Assembly: GCA_964035545.1 (NCBI GenBank)
Contig: OZ037766.1
Coordinates: 12,018,722-12,082,721 of the forward strand
Reading direction: 5' to 3'
Length of the DNA stretch: 64,000 bases
Source of the DNA: Bugula neritina
Lineage: Eukaryota; Animalia; Bryozoa
Shown here one piece after another: positions 27,401-42,400 of this stretch; the first letter of the stretch is position 1, and each line of letters opens with the position of its first letter. A model generated the notes under the pieces. The model worked only from the letters and a program-made list of their open reading frames with translations, was not told the DNA's origin and made no database searches. A program made the position numbers and the translations under genes.

Positions 27401-29196
27401 GCTTTGCTGATACTATTTTTGCTGCTAAAATGAGGCCTGTTGAGATTTCTGAGCATTTTTTGACTTCCCCAAACTTTCCTCTAAAAAATTAAAAGGAAAC
27501 AAAGCTTTTAAGACTATTATTTAATGTATTTAAACAAATTTACATCAGTTATAATCAATAAATATGTTTATGTTGCTGCAAAACATGCACACAAATTATA
27601 GGCATTTGAGCACTGGTGGTGTTCAAAACCCAACACCTGTACAAATGGCCATCATAATATTTTGAGTTCCCAGTGAAATTTATTTACATAAATTGTGACC
27701 CAGTTTATATTATGGTGTTTAGATCAAAATTCTGAAATGTCTGCCCCAACATCTCTTGATATTTTGGACTAAACTGTTATCACAATATTTTTGAAACACA
27801 TTTTATATATAACCTAACACTTTATAATGCTTTGCCTTGAACTTATCAAATCTTTGTTGTCAATCTTAGAGAGCTATAGTTTGCTGACTGTTTACATGTA
27901 CCAGCCAATTGTTTAGAGATCAAAGCAGTCTTACATTGTTTTATAATCCATTGATTCAAACTAAAAAAAAGTTTAAAAGGCAAAAGATGTGACGAAAGTA
28001 CAGTATTAAAAAGTGCATTTTCTAGAAAAATATACTGTAAAGAATGGAATGTTCTTACAGAAATTATAACTCAAGTTCAGACTGAAATTTTTATAGAAAA
28101 AAGAAAACTAAGGTCGTTGACATTTCTTTATTGCTGCAGCAGATTGGAGAATGTCTACCAGCCAAACACACCATATAGCAAAACCAAAACAAAATGAGGA
28201 AAATCAAGTCAAGTAGGCTACAGTGCTAACAAGGTAAAAGCATCCAATTCTTTCAGTTGTGAAAGTCATTAAATATTTCATAGACTCCAAAAAACACAAT
28301 CATATAGAAAAACAAAAAATGAAGAATTAAATCTTAGGCCGCCTACAAAACTGTTCCAACCTTTTATTTTAAATAATTCCACCAGTCATTTGTAAAACAC
28401 AATATTACACCAATCGCATGGCAGCAACTCTACATTATTATACAGAATGGAAAAACTTTGATTTAATCAACCAGCATAGACTATCATTATTTGAATATAG
28501 CCAAACCAAGAAGACATAAGCTCTCTAGTACAGCAATTATTCACATACACACACACATATATTTGTAAGAGTTTGAATTTAGATTATAAAGGGAAGGTAT
28601 GACAAGTTTACCTGCCTAGCACTAGATCATGTAGCTGGTAATCCTGATCAAACCAATAATCTTTGTGAATGACTATTTCTCGTGGAGCAAATGGCAGTTC
28701 TTCTCCTACAATAGAACGTGTAATGCATTGTTCTCCTGGTCTCCACTCTAGGTCATCTGCTATTAGCACTATGTAAACATTGTGCAGGAGGACTTTTTAA
28801 ATGTTACATTCAACTCCTATAGCTACATATACCCACATCTATAGAACACAGCCATACTCTTGTAATTAGAGCATTGACCTAGCATGACACACTTTTGCTA
28901 GATCCTGAGTTCAAATATCAGCAAAATCTCGAGGTCACAATTTTTCAAACTCTTTTACTGCCACAATATGCACATATCATGGCCTGTTTTAAGATCTGTA
29001 TCATAAATAATCTTACAGAAGCTTAGACCAACAGGATGTAGCCATATCAAATTTATTTATCATTGATGCTGTTAGCCTGTTATACACCTAAGAGCTGTTA
29101 ATAAAGATGCTAAGTTTTACTGCAAGATATCCACTAACCTTCCTCTTCAGGGTCGATGACATTCTTCCTGGCATAAGCAATTTTTCTTTTACTCAT
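21483..29196 (-). CDS. MYLK: Myosin light chain kinase-family Ser/Thr kinase (N-terminal kinase, CaM-binding segment, ~680-aa disordered tail), ~1011 aa
   Basis: Exons 29196-29139, 28705-28612, 27480-27277, 25816-25675, 25308-25109, 24571-24419, 24063-23940, 23543-21483 (3036 nt, in phase). Motifs LGRGKFGEV, AAK, GGELFDRVIDEDFNLTE, HLDLKPEN, IKIIDFGLA, APE, DMWSVGVICYVLVSGLSPF, and RRKWKKVIRAIIALNRL. The start codon is tentative. Confidence 0.88.
23661..23744. mobile_element. Short internally deleted copy of the GTA[A/G]TGGAGAAATT MITE family
   Basis: GCAGTGATGGAGAAATT ... AAAGAACTTAGGCTACCTAAATTTCTCCATTA matches both ends of 29771-29934. Confidence 0.5.
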
Positions 29197-29770
29197 TTTC
29201 ACCAATGTCAGCAGTTTACGTTCACCATGTAGAAGTTTACAAACAATTGTCTGGTACTTTTCCAACTGACTGCTAGCATACTCTAACAAGCAAAGCAGAT
29301 ATACAGCCTCCAATTGAAGCTTTATCACCAGTATAAAATAGAACCAATATCAACATGAACAAAAATCAGTATTTCTAAACACTCATATTATATTTCCCAA
29401 TCTTGAAGGTAGTTATGCAAGACAGTGGCTAGCTTACAATAAAGACTGACTAATAAGCAAGGTTAGGTGCCACTAATTAGTGCTCATTAACCACCATTAA
29501 TTAATTTATTAGGTTAGTGATAACAGAATGATTACACTGAAAAACTGCAGAATGTATGCCAGAGTGGCAACAAGGGCTGTTGCTTATGACTGCAAATGAC
29601 TACTGAGCTAACCTACATCTTTACGACCTGTAAATATTTCAACAGATATCATAATTAAAAGGTTATTTCGGAACTTGAAAAACTTATTTAACTTTCCTTT
29701 CTTTAAAAACAGATATTCTTTACCTACATCCTACCAGACGCTATCAGGCACATTATGTTATGAGTTACAG

Positions 29771-29934
29771 AGGTAGGTGCAGTAATGGAGAAATTGAGAC
29801 AAGCCAGGGTTTTAAATTAGAAATGTAGCATAAGGAGTTATGTCCTCTCGAGAATTTCAACCCACTCCCAAACCAAGATTTAATAATAAAATTAAAGAAC
29901 TTAGGCTATCTTAATTTCTCCACTACGACCCCTA
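29771..29934. mobile_element. MITE (GTA[A/G]TGGAGAAATT inverted ends)
   Basis: Inverted ends GTAATGGAGAAATT / AATTTCTCCACTAC. Related copies at 23661-23744 and, in reverse orientation, 58031-58187. Confidence 0.6.
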
Positions 29935-30425
29935 AATGGAGTTGTAGTACACCACCCTTCTACAAAATAATATTCCTACAATTTTACTCATTACAGTATA
30001 CACTTATTATTTGCAATGTATATTTTTATAACTTCAGAAGTAAATAATACCAAATAAATGTACAATTATAACAGAAAAGGCAAGTTAAAATTGTATAACG
30101 ATATAACGCATTGTACTTTAATCTCATTACCTACTAAGTATATTTCTGAGTTTTACATATATATCGAAGTTAAAAAATTTGCACTATTCATAAAATTTTT
30201 AAAGATTCCACAAAACAATATCCATGTAAGAACGAATATTTAACTGCATGAACTCAAAAGAGAAAATCTCTAGTAAATCCATATGATCTAATAATCCATT
30301 TTATTCTCTGCTAAACAACAAGATATAAACTGTGATGATGACGTATCAAAGGTATATATTATTGTGTCTATCAAATATAAAATGGAAAAAAATTATGATT
30401 GATCATCAGCTGATAATTGTAGAGT

Positions 30426-33400
30426 TTAAGGGATCCATGGATGGGCTTTCATGTGATGCTGGTTTAGAGATATACGCAGTTTGAAGGTCTTTGAACAATG
30501 TTCACACTTGAATGGTAAAGCATTATCTGGAAAATATAAAAGTGATGGTTATATAACTATCAGTATAAAGCAAAGGGAACTATCTGCTTAATGGAAATAA
30601 GGTAACAGAGGCATACTGAAGAGAATGGCAGGTGAGCTACAGTAACCCTTCAATTGCCAATTGTTTATAAAATACACCAACTATATGTACTACAAGATGG
30701 AGCATAACTAATATTCTGCATATGTTACATGAAACAGTAAAGTTAGCACAGTTCAAGTTATTGTAAATATTAAGAAGCAAAATCTATATTAGCAACTGTC
30801 TTTTCTTGGAAAGACAACTCCCAAAACAATAAAAAGCTACCAAGATATTAGAAGAAAAAGATCTTTCAATAACGAAGTTTTTATAATCTATCAACTAACA
30901 CATTGGAAACTTACATAAATGTAGGAGAGCTAAAATTTCAGAGTAAGTTTGGTAAAGAATGTAAATTAGGATATATAAACCTGTGGTAGGCAGTGCGGGG
31001 CTAGGGGTGGATAAGACTGCCGGAAGGGATGCTACAGGTGGAGGGGGAGGTGGGGCTCCTAAAACTCTCACTACATTTTGAGCTCGCCTAAAATATTACG
31101 ACAGCGTGATAATAGTGAGCCTATTCACAATGAACTGTGCGGCTATGACAAATATCCACATACAATTTCATAACCTCATATTTTAATAACTGGAAACTGA
31201 ATAATTCAAATGCATAGAGTTTGAATTGACAGTAAAACCATTGCATACAGCATATATACAAGAATACTTTCTACATCAAATCTTGTGAATACGGTAACAT
31301 TACATATTACAGTGTACTACAAATAAGTTTAAATTAATCTGAAGTCTAAAGTCAAACTAATCTGCATATAGCTGTGATGAATAAATCTCAACAATCCTTT
31401 CACTGTGGTTTGCTACTGGAGCAAATTCCATAGAGCTAGAACAAACATAGTGAAGAGAGTATATACTTACATAGACTGCACATCAGGCAACACTACATCT
31501 CCCACTCTAGACACAGGTGGTTTAGTCTCCAACACCTGGGGTGTTTCCTCTTCTAGAGTATACACAGGGTATTCTAACTTTCCCTCCTTATGTTCAGCTT
31601 TTCTGTGAGCCTTCAACTCAGACTTGGAAACGAAGATCAAGTTACACTCTTTACATTCTCGTACCTTGTGTCGTTTTGAATCTAACACCTGTTGATCCAG
31701 AAATTTGTTACTGAGTAAAATACAATCTATTCTATACTAATAACCCATGTGCTAACAATAGTATACATACACTATGCATGTGCATAGTGTATGTATACCA
31801 TATATACATGTACACCATGCACATATGCCATGTATGTACAGTGTACACCATCTATGTACATACACTGTGTGCATTCATTGTGTACATACACTATGTATGT
31901 ACGTATGTGATGTACATAGATGGTGTACATACACAGCGTACATAATGCGTGTATACTTTGTATACAGCCTGTACTTACATCACCATCTCTCATATCGGAG
32001 TTGTGCCGGTGAGAAGCTGCATCTGTGTCACTGAACGTATTGGGTTGTATTCTGTCAATAGTGGCGGGATCAATACCCTGTGCTAGCAATACTGGGTCGT
32101 GGTGGACAGATTGCACGTGGGCTTTCAACTCCGCCTTTCCAGGAAACTGGTCCCCACAGAGCTTACATGTCTTTAATTTGATCTCTATACAACAAATAAA
32201 TTTTATATTATATTATTGTACGTAACAAGCTAAAATATATTCTAAATCAAACTTCCATTGTTTAGCAAAGCGAAAGCTATTTATTTATAGCAAAGTTTTG
32301 TAGCTTAATGATCTGCATATGGAAGATGCTTTTAAAATCTTAATAATATATAAATTATAAGTCATAACCTTCTGCACCAATTGCAGAACTTACACCTGTA
32401 CTACGTTTAATACATTTTACAAAATTTTGTTAAAACTAAGCTGTCTAATTACTTCTACACAGTTTGAAACTTGCAGACACATCTTCGATACAATCTAAAT
32501 ACGATTTTATAACTTTTATAACAAAGAAAATTCGGTAAAATCCTTGTTTGCAGTGTACAAATTGGGTAAGATCAGAAACTTGGCATAAAATCAAACTGAT
32601 TCAACTATTTCTTACAACAACTACACCAATATATAATCTCACAGATTGTACCGAAACCAGGATGTGCAGGCAAGGTGAGGATTTTAACTGACCTGGCTTA
32701 GCGTCTCCCAGCACCAGCATATGTGGCATCAGATCAATACTGTTGGCCTTGACCTCATGGGCATGCTCAGTTCGCCTGTGAGCTTTCAATTCCGCTTTGT
32801 GCTCGAATACAGCGCCACATATTTTACACCTTCTCTCTTTTTTGAGCACGGGAGGTGCTGTCTCCACCAGCTGGTGAATCTGCAAAACAAACCACAAACC
32901 TCCACTTACAATGCAGCCTTCTTAACAGTTCGGGCATCAAGATATTTATTAGTTACTGAAGATATAGTGATAAAAGAAACAACGAGTGAGTGGTGAGGTT
33001 TGAACCTTCACAACACCAATTGGCTCAGCAGTGATAAAGAAACACGATCATGTAACTTAATAAAATAGTATTTATTTTCTATGAAATAAGCAATTAAGAA
33101 AATTCTAAGTACTTTTCAAACAAGGAACATTGCGCAAACTTTTAAATTAAATGCATTGCAATTTATGATATTCCGTCACTGTGGGTATCATGCAGCCGCC
33201 ATAATATGAGTCATATGCGATCATATATGACTCATGTATGATTGCATAGGCCAGTGTCACACTGTGACTGCTTTCATCCAATAAGCTAGAACTTACCTTC
33301 TTCAGATGCTGCAATTTGGCAAAGTTAGAAGGAAATCTTTTCCCACAGATGTGACATGACAAGCTAGGTGCTTGAGCATCCGCACCTGAATGTGACTTTT

Positions 33401-36400
33401 GCATGTGCCGACGTCGCGCAAACTTGCTTGGAAACCTACAAGACATATTGGAATAACTGCAAGACATAATATGCCAACAAGTCTTTTATAATTATTAAGA
33501 ATCCATACAAAATTATTATTCTCGAAAATGTTTCTAAACCAAAAGACTGAAAATGGCTTCCCCTGAATAATACAAATGGGTAGGTGTGGGCAACAGCTAC
33601 TATATGTCTTAGTACCATGTATAGCAGCTGACATGTGTAATAGTACCACATATAACAGCTGACATGTGTAATAGTACCATGTATAACAGCTGACATGTGT
33701 AATAGTACCATGTATAACAGCTGACATGTGTAATAGTACCATGTATAGCAGCTGACATGTGTAATAGTACCATGTATAGCAGCTGACATGTGTAATAGTA
33801 CCATGTATAACAGCTGACATGTGTAATAGTACCATGTATAACAGCTGACATGTGTAATAGTACCATGTATAACAGCTGACATGTGTAATAGTACCATGTA
33901 TAGCAGCTGACATGTGTAATAGTACCATGTATAGCAGCTGACATGTGTAATAGTACCATGTATAACAGCTGACATGTGTAATAGTACCATGTATAGCAGC
34001 TGACATGTGTAATAGTACCATGTATAGCAGCTGACATGTGTAATAGTACCATGTATAACAGCTGACATGTGTAATAGTACCATGTATAGCAGCTGACATG
34101 TGTAATAGTACCATGTATAACAGCTGACATGTGTAATAGTACCACATATAACAGCTGACATGTGTAATAGTACCATGTATAACAGCTGACATGTGTAATA
34201 GTACCATGTATAACAGCTGACATGTGTAATAGTACCACATATAACAGCTGACATGTGTAATAGTACCATGTATAACAGCGAACATCTATAATATACTGAA
34301 AGGTTCGACAGTAAGTCTCGAGTAAAACCAACCGTTTGTCACAAAGTTTGCAGTTGAACACTTTGACTGGAGTTGTGTGCACAGTTCTGTCATGAGTGTC
34401 TTTCTCCTCTTTACTGGGAAAGCACTTGTCACACTTGTCACAAGTGAAGTAGGTCTTCATCATAGCAGGTTCTTCTACATAAGAGACGCATCACTATTTC
34501 ACATGAGCTGTACAAGTGTCCATCAGTTATTAGAAGCTAATAGCACACCTCCTTTGTTTCCAAAATAATGGCTATATGCTGTGGCCTTTAGAGAGCACTC
34601 ACAGATTATTTTTAGAAGATTTTTGCACAGACAACTGCACTTTAAAAATATCTATAACACTTCATTTATATAGTATTAAAATATTCAGCGGCTGAGCTGT
34701 GTGTGGCAACAGCTAAGAGTAACTGCAATGAAAGTCCTTAATAATTACTATTAGTTTTATAATACTATAAAATTCAGAGCCAACCAGAAACTTCTTCAGC
34801 AAACGTTCACAAATCTCAAATTACTTCACGATATCTTTGCACAAACTTTATTATAAAACAGCTTGTAGATGATAGCCAAGATAAATATATATATATATAT
34901 ATATAGTGTATATTCCATAGGCAGTGTGTCAGGGAGTCTTTAAGCAAAACTTTTGGCAGATATAAGATAAATTAATTTTTTAGAGAACCTTGAAAAAGGG
35001 ACACCATTATCACTAATGCAATAGTGTAAGAGCCAACAAGCTGTTTACAAAATAGTGCTAGTTACCAAATACATCTTTAACTGTTTCTTTTTTCACCGCT
35101 GCCCTGATTTTCGTATCAGCAGAACGGTGATGTTGCAGAATATGACGATTCTTGGCCAGGAGTGACACAAACTTCCCACCACATATACGGCATCTAATAG
35201 ACAAATTTATGACTACAAGCTTATTGGATACGGACTAGAAGTGATGAGCTACTCAATTTATATATCGAATACCTAATAAGTTAATCAGGTTGTATATTGA
35301 TTTTTTATTAAATGCCAGCATAAAACATTACTGGGAAATAAATAAGAAGAAACTGATGATAGTCAAAAATAGCATTTTAAACACGAGAGGTAAGCTGTGT
35401 TTAGCCTATTTAAAATCTGATATGTTCTCCCTGTTGATAAATTACTTTGATTTGCCTGCTTAGAGTTTAAACGTTACCTGTACTCAGCCTGTTCATGCAG
35501 CAGCTCATGTCTTTTGAGAGACTGCATACTCGTATATGCAGCACAGCATTCTTTACACTTGAATTTCTTTTTGTTTGTTGAAGATGCAGCATTTGAAGGG
35601 TTTGTGGATTTACGGGCATTCCCTTTTGATGGTAAACTTACTCCACGTGATGACAGCTGAGATCCTATACCAACATTTAATAAAACTTTCAACTAGAACT
35701 TACTAGAACTTTCTGGAACTCTTAACAAATATGTGATACTTTGAAAATAAAGTCAAGTTTATATAGAAAACTAGAGTAGCACCCACCTTTGTTATTGGGA
35801 TTTTTTGGGCAGTGAGTGACATGCTCCACTCTCTTGGAATAAACAGTTATTTTCTCATTACAAAATGAACACCTGTTAATATGGCTCCACTCATGGCTCT
35901 TCATCTTATTCCAAGTATCAAAGGTCTTGGTGCAAAGGAGGCACTGCATTACTGCATCATATTTTGAGCATATACATAAATCTATATGATGTGCAAGTAG
36001 GTATTTCTTTTCAAATACGCCATCACACTTTGGACATGTAAAGGGAGCTGGCGATTTTGAAGGCATATGCACTTTAGCCTTGTGTTTTTTGAAGTCTTTG
36101 AGTTTGCCAAAACCTATTCCGCAGATAAGGCAAATTGACGAATAACTACCATCATGTATTCCATAATGCCTTTTCAATATGGCTGACGTTTTGAATTTTC
36201 GATTACAGACTAAACACTTGGTGCCTGACACGTCATTCACATTTGAAAAAGAAGCTTTCCTAGTGGTAGTATTGATATTGGATTTCTCATCAGCCTTTGA
36301 TTTTTCAAGTGACATTGCTGTATCATCATCAGAGTCCTCTTCAGAATCCTGAACAAATTAAAATTCCACATAAAGCAGAAAGTAGACAAATCTGTTCTCT

Positions 36401-39400
36401 ATGACCATGTTTCAAAAAGTTAGTATGTGTCTTATTATTTTTCTTCGTATATTAAATATATCAATGATGGCAAAAAGTGTACTCACAGCTCCCTCTCTCA
36501 GTCCAGTAGTCAAAAAAAGCTTGTGGTATTTGACCATGTGCATACAAACATCAGCAGCAGATTGAAAACTCAAAGAACACATATTACATCTGTTTGCATG
36601 GGACACTTCGTGACTAGCCACATGCAGAAGAAATTGCAGCTCCTGCTCATACTTAACTCCACAGCTTAAGCATTTCCATTGTTCAATCTGAAAAGTATAG
36701 TAGACTGCATATCAGAAAGTGTATTCATAATTAGTTTAAGAAGCCATACAGTATTGAACAACATTGAGCTCACGGCTTGTCACAGTAATGGATATAAAGA
36801 CGGGTGGTACCTCATCAGTTTTAACTTTCTCTGAGGTAGACACAGATTCTGACAGAATGACTTCTTCCTTTTTAGGTTGTCCACAATGTAATTGGTGTTC
36901 ATGAAGTGCTTCTTTGTACATAAATGGTTTAAAGCAGTTTGCGCACAGGTGTCTAGCTCTTGTATGTTTGACTAACATATGGTTGACTAGTTCTACAACA
37001 TTATTGTGATGTTCACCACAGATTGTGCAGGAATTTGAGAGTCTGCCAGTTGGCATATTTAATGGTAATTCTATATCATTGGGTATATCCCCCAGCTTTC
37101 CCACAGCCTCTGTTTTAGATTCAACTGAGCCTATGTTAGGTTTTTCAAACAAAACTGCACTTTCAACTACTTTGCCAGTTGATAAGCCAATTGCTTTAGT
37201 GTTTTGGAGAGCCACACATGACTTCTCATGGACTTGAAGTGAATACGGGCGCAAAAATCCACCTTTACAACCAGAGCAACGATATGGTCTTTCTTCACTA
37301 TGGATGTGAATAAGCATATGGTTTGGCTTCACTCGGGGAATACCACAAAATTGGCAGCGGCCGCCACTAGCTTTCGACGAAGCTTCTGAAATTACGCTTT
37401 CTTCATCACTTAAAATTTTCTCATCATTGATGCAAGTTTCTATTTGATTCGTGACAGTATTCGGAAGTTGTTCAGCAATGATTACTTGAGAAAGCAAGCA
37501 GCTATTGGTAACGTGAAGAATAAGATTGTCAAGATTTGCAAATTTATCATTACAAACAGCACATGTGAAATCAACCAACGATTTGATACTATGGAAATCA
37601 GCAAAATGATTATGAAATCGAACAACAAAATCAACGTTGCAAATACCACAGCGCCGGTTTTTATGGGCATTAATAGCAGGCCCTGAGCGCCTAAATAAGA
37701 GACAGTTATCCTGGTGCTTTTCTAGGTCTTCTAATGAATTAAAGGACCCCAAACAGCCATCACAAGACAGCGTTTCACTATTGGTAACTTTTGAAGCAGA
37801 GTAATGGCAACTGAAGAAATGTTCCTTACATTGGCTAATGTCGCCGAAATAAATAAAACAAGCCGGACAGTTAACACCAGCGCTGCTGTTGTTTTTGAGT
37901 GGATACTGTTTGAATAAAACTTTACATTGCTTAGAATGAGCAATAAACAAAGCTCGAACATCACAACTCCACCTACAACCAACACAACAATATCGTCTTG
38001 CAGGTTCATCATGACCAGCAACATGTTTCTGGACCTTTCTAGACCGTTTTCTATCTGAAATTGAAGCAATCTCTACACCACAAATAGGGCATTCGATAAA
38101 GCCACTGCTATTTGCTCCAGTGATAGAATTACAGACTGAGCTTTCATTGGACTCGGAATAGTTTTCGCCCTCAGACGTATCTTTACATGCTGAACTTTCA
38201 GAGGCACAATCCATCGCATCACCTTGGTCATCTGGATTTGCACCAACAGGTTTTAAGCAAAATTCAAGATGATTTTCAAAGTCGCAAAAAAAGGCAAATT
38301 GTTTGGAACATCCTTTACACCAAAATGATTTTGCAGAATCGGTGGGATTTGAACACTGATCAACTTCTAGCTCAACAGAACCTTCTTTGTTGGTTGCAGA
38401 ATGTTTTTCAATACATGGTGCGGCTTCAGCAACTATTGAATCAGATTCAGAGGAAGCTTCGTTGTGCTTTACCAAAATATTCACGTTTCTAACTTTTCCA
38501 CATTTACTTTCATGATCTATTTTATGGGTCTTTGCAACAAAACCAGCATTGCAACCAATACATCTGTATGGCTTGCGCTCTGGGTCTTTGTGCACTAATT
38601 TGTGAAAATCCAGTAAACATTTGTAATCAAATGAAATTACACAAATTTCACATACAAATTCTTTCATTTTAGGTTCAACTTTGTCGTTACAAACCACCTC
38701 ATGGTTTTTTAACTTCTCAACATCTGAAAACTTTTCTTGGCAACCAGTACCAATTATATCTGGAGGTGAAGTAACAGCTGGTATATCTGAAAAATGGTTA
38801 AGTTTACTTGAAGTGTCTTCTTGTGCCAAATCTAGAACACTGTCTGAAACTTCGACAGAAACATTTTCCTCTTCCTGGTCAACTCTATCTTCAATATTCA
38901 GCATATCTTTAACAGCTTCACAGACTTGTTTGTGAAGCTGAAAGTCGGTGTAGTCATTAAATACTTTTGGACACCCATGACACCTGAAAAAAAATCACAA
39001 AATAACATTTTTGAGGATTTTTAAACCGAAATGAAAGTTGACGAGTTGTGTGGTATACATAACATACAGTAGTATTACTTGAAAGCTGTTTTTACACCTC
39101 AAAAATTTCATAAGAGATTTAGCTTCATAAGCTCTCCGCCACTGTTGTTTACATGTGATCAATCATCAAAATGCTTTTTATGATCGAGTCCTAAAATTAT
39201 CAAACTTATCACAACGTAGGATAATGTAGCAATTGAGCTCGCTTTTAAAAGATATTCGATTTGGAACGTTTTTAAGCTGTTTCAAAATCAGTAAAATTTA
39301 TTGACTTTTTAATAACGCATGTCTTATAAAATTATAGTTCACTTCATTTATGACCTTTATTACATTTTTTTCATAAAAAAATTATTTTGCAATAAAATAC

Positions 39401-42400
39401 TCTCTCCAATTATTTTGTTTTGCTTTTACTTTCTTATTGAAACTAAGATGCTACACAATGAAATAGTTACTCTGTTATTTATTCAAGGCTAAAGCAATAA
39501 CTGAAGGAGAAAATTCTAAGCCATTTACAGCAACCGAATCTTAGTTTAACTGACACAGGGAGGTGTAAAAACAGCTTTAAAGGTACATCAATATATGCTG
39601 CAAGTTCTGCAACAATCCATGCTTAAGAGATACACTTCTGAGAGCCTTATCACGGTAAATAGATTATTTAGTGATGTGTTTGGTAAAATGATTTAATGGC
39701 ATACTGCTAAGTCATAAATTCTGGTTTTAAAATCTGTGGTACTAGTTTATGCTCCGAGATTTGAGTAGATAGCCTAAAGCAGTTACATTTTATTGGTAAG
39801 TCTTTAAGAATATAGTATTACAAGTTTAGTAATTGACCAATTCATTACTATTTTTACAACTATAAACAGAAATATCACAATGTTTTGTAGCATTATTAAT
39901 AACAAAAAATATTTAGAAATATGAACATATTAGGGTACAACAAACCTGACCAGAAATCTAAGTTTAACTCGATTTGATGGCTTAGAAATAAACCCTCACC
40001 TAAATGAAACGGAATATGATGAATCAATGCTTGTTTTCTTTAGTCCAAGGTATACCATGCATCCATTTTGGTGGCTATAGAGACCTTTGAGCAAATCAAA
40101 TCCAGCCTTGCACCCTTCACAGTTATACTTCTTACTAAGACTATCGGTGTGGCAGCTGTTTACATGCTCGGCTAAAAGCGGTGCCGACGAGAACTTGATA
40201 AGGCATAAGGAGCATGTGCTCACTGCTGTAGCTTTGGTCGTATCTAGAATAAATATAATACTAGAATAATTAACCGACAATTGTATGGCCACCATTCTTT
40301 TGCTTTCCCTATTCATGGCATCACTGCATTAGTTGCACCTTTCATCATAGCAGCATAATATTATTTTTTATAAATTACACAATAGATATAGCAAATTAAA
40401 AAAATTCAAAGTGATCTCCTGTCTAGCTTAGCTTACTTACAATCAACTTAATGATTTTATACAGTTAAAAAAGCCCAACAAAAGTTCAGTCGCTAGTTAC
40501 CGCTATCTCTATTCTGTTCTAAAACATTCTTATATTGCTTGCAGAGCTGCTGATGCCGCCGAAGAAGGGTGGACCTCAGAAAAACAGAATGACAGCCTTG
40601 GCAACTATAAGAACCATCTCCGTGCATCTTAGTTACGTGATCATCTGCAATGTAACAAGTGACTAAGCAAACACAGATCTGCTCTGAGAAAGTTGTATTT
40701 CCAATTCAAATTTAAATTGCTTCAAGAGTAAAATAAAATGCAACTTCAACAGAATTAAATTGCTTCTCAATTACAGAGTATTTTTACACTCTTCATTTTC
40801 AAATATATTTATTATAAATTTTGAGAGCTACATTATATATATTATACATATTATATTATGTAAACTTGCCAGCACTAGTTAATGATGTTCATTTATTTAT
40901 ATATAAGCTTTGGCTGACCAAAGCAGAATGTTTCACTACAGACAATTTAATGGAAAGCAAAATACAATAATTATTGCAGCACGCCATGATTTGACAATAA
41001 TTGATATGGATTACTAACCCAGTACTAACGTGTGGCACATTAGCATCTTTATTACTGTACAGATATTCTTGGGAATTAAAAATATGGTAATATACAGAAT
41101 CTACATTGAACGCACTGGCTGAAGTTTTGAATATCCTTTTTATGACGTAGCTTATATGCAACAGTGTAGATCCCTTAGCAATAAAACAAACTTACCAAAT
41201 TGTGCATAAGTAGGAAACGATTTTGTGCAAAAAGGGCAGATCATATATTCACCAGCTTTAGTCTCATTATGAGCAGATTGCACATGATCCATCAGATCGG
41301 GACTAGACTCAAATACTAAGTAACACATTGGGCACTTCCAGTCACTTGCTGATTCACTGCCAAGGTCATTCTGATAGTGAGAAGGGAACCCCATCCTGAT
41401 TTTGTCATTAGATGACGGACTGCTCCTTGTAAGATCTGCGTATAAACCAGCTTCAGGATTTTACTAGCTGATTCTGCAGTGATTGGTGATATGCAAATGG
41501 TTCTTTACTATTTATAAACTATTTTGCTGTGAAAAAAGGAACATTTCAAATATGGAGTATGTAACATAAACAACTGCAAACAAGGTCAAATATTCAAAAT
41601 TAAAAAAAGGTCGAGTGTCATCTACCTACTATGAATTTCTCAAATACCTGCAAACCGATGCTTACCTTCATGTTCAAATACTTCGCACTCAAGTCTGGGT
41701 GTTTCCACTTGCTGCTACAAAATTTAGTTAAATCAACTAAAGAAGACTATAAAGTCTTTACATATTTTCAACAATTGGCTTCAATCTCACAAATCTTTAT
41801 TTTAAAAGTAATCTACAACACCTTTCGACTGGACTTACTTACCTGAGGTGAGTTGCATTCACTGATAATGCTGAACTCATTATCTATATCAGGTTGGTCT
41901 ATTTCATTGAGATCTGTTATATCTGTTAGTTTAAGTTCACCCTGATCAGTTTGTCCCAGTCCACCCTGTATATTACTTATAAGAAGGTTGAGATTTTCTA
42001 CAAAATAGTAGATTATTTCATACCTTTAACCTTAGAATTGGCACAGCAAATGTATTTTTTTAAAGCATCTCTGTAATTATTTATAATACAAATATATGTA
42101 GAGCAAATTATAAGTTTTTAACTAAGTGACCAAACAATCTAAATTGTAAAACAATATGAGATATCAATATCGGTTAAAAATATCAATCAATACGAATTGG
42201 TAACTATTTAATATCTAAAAATAAGTTGAAGCATAACACTCTTGCATCAGAATTAAGATGATGACTAGAGAGCAATATAATGTGATATCCAATAAAAAAC
42301 AAAAATCTAGTACAAACCTTCATCATTTTCATTGTCAACATCTGTTTGGGCTTGATGGACATTGCCAGACATGTTAACAGCACTTCCAGCTTTGAGCAAA

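Noticed and set aside
33302-34463. Three long overlapping repeat ORFs, or a CRISPR-like array
   Set aside because: Artefact of a stop-free 31-bp tandem unit. There are no unique spacers and no cas genes, and the context is eukaryotic.
37025-38935. Plus-strand and alternate-frame ORFs over the large ZNF exon (similar cases at 1855, 21631, 25651, 27253, 41631, 54817)
   Set aside because: Antisense or shadow ORFs of real exons with no independent coding features.
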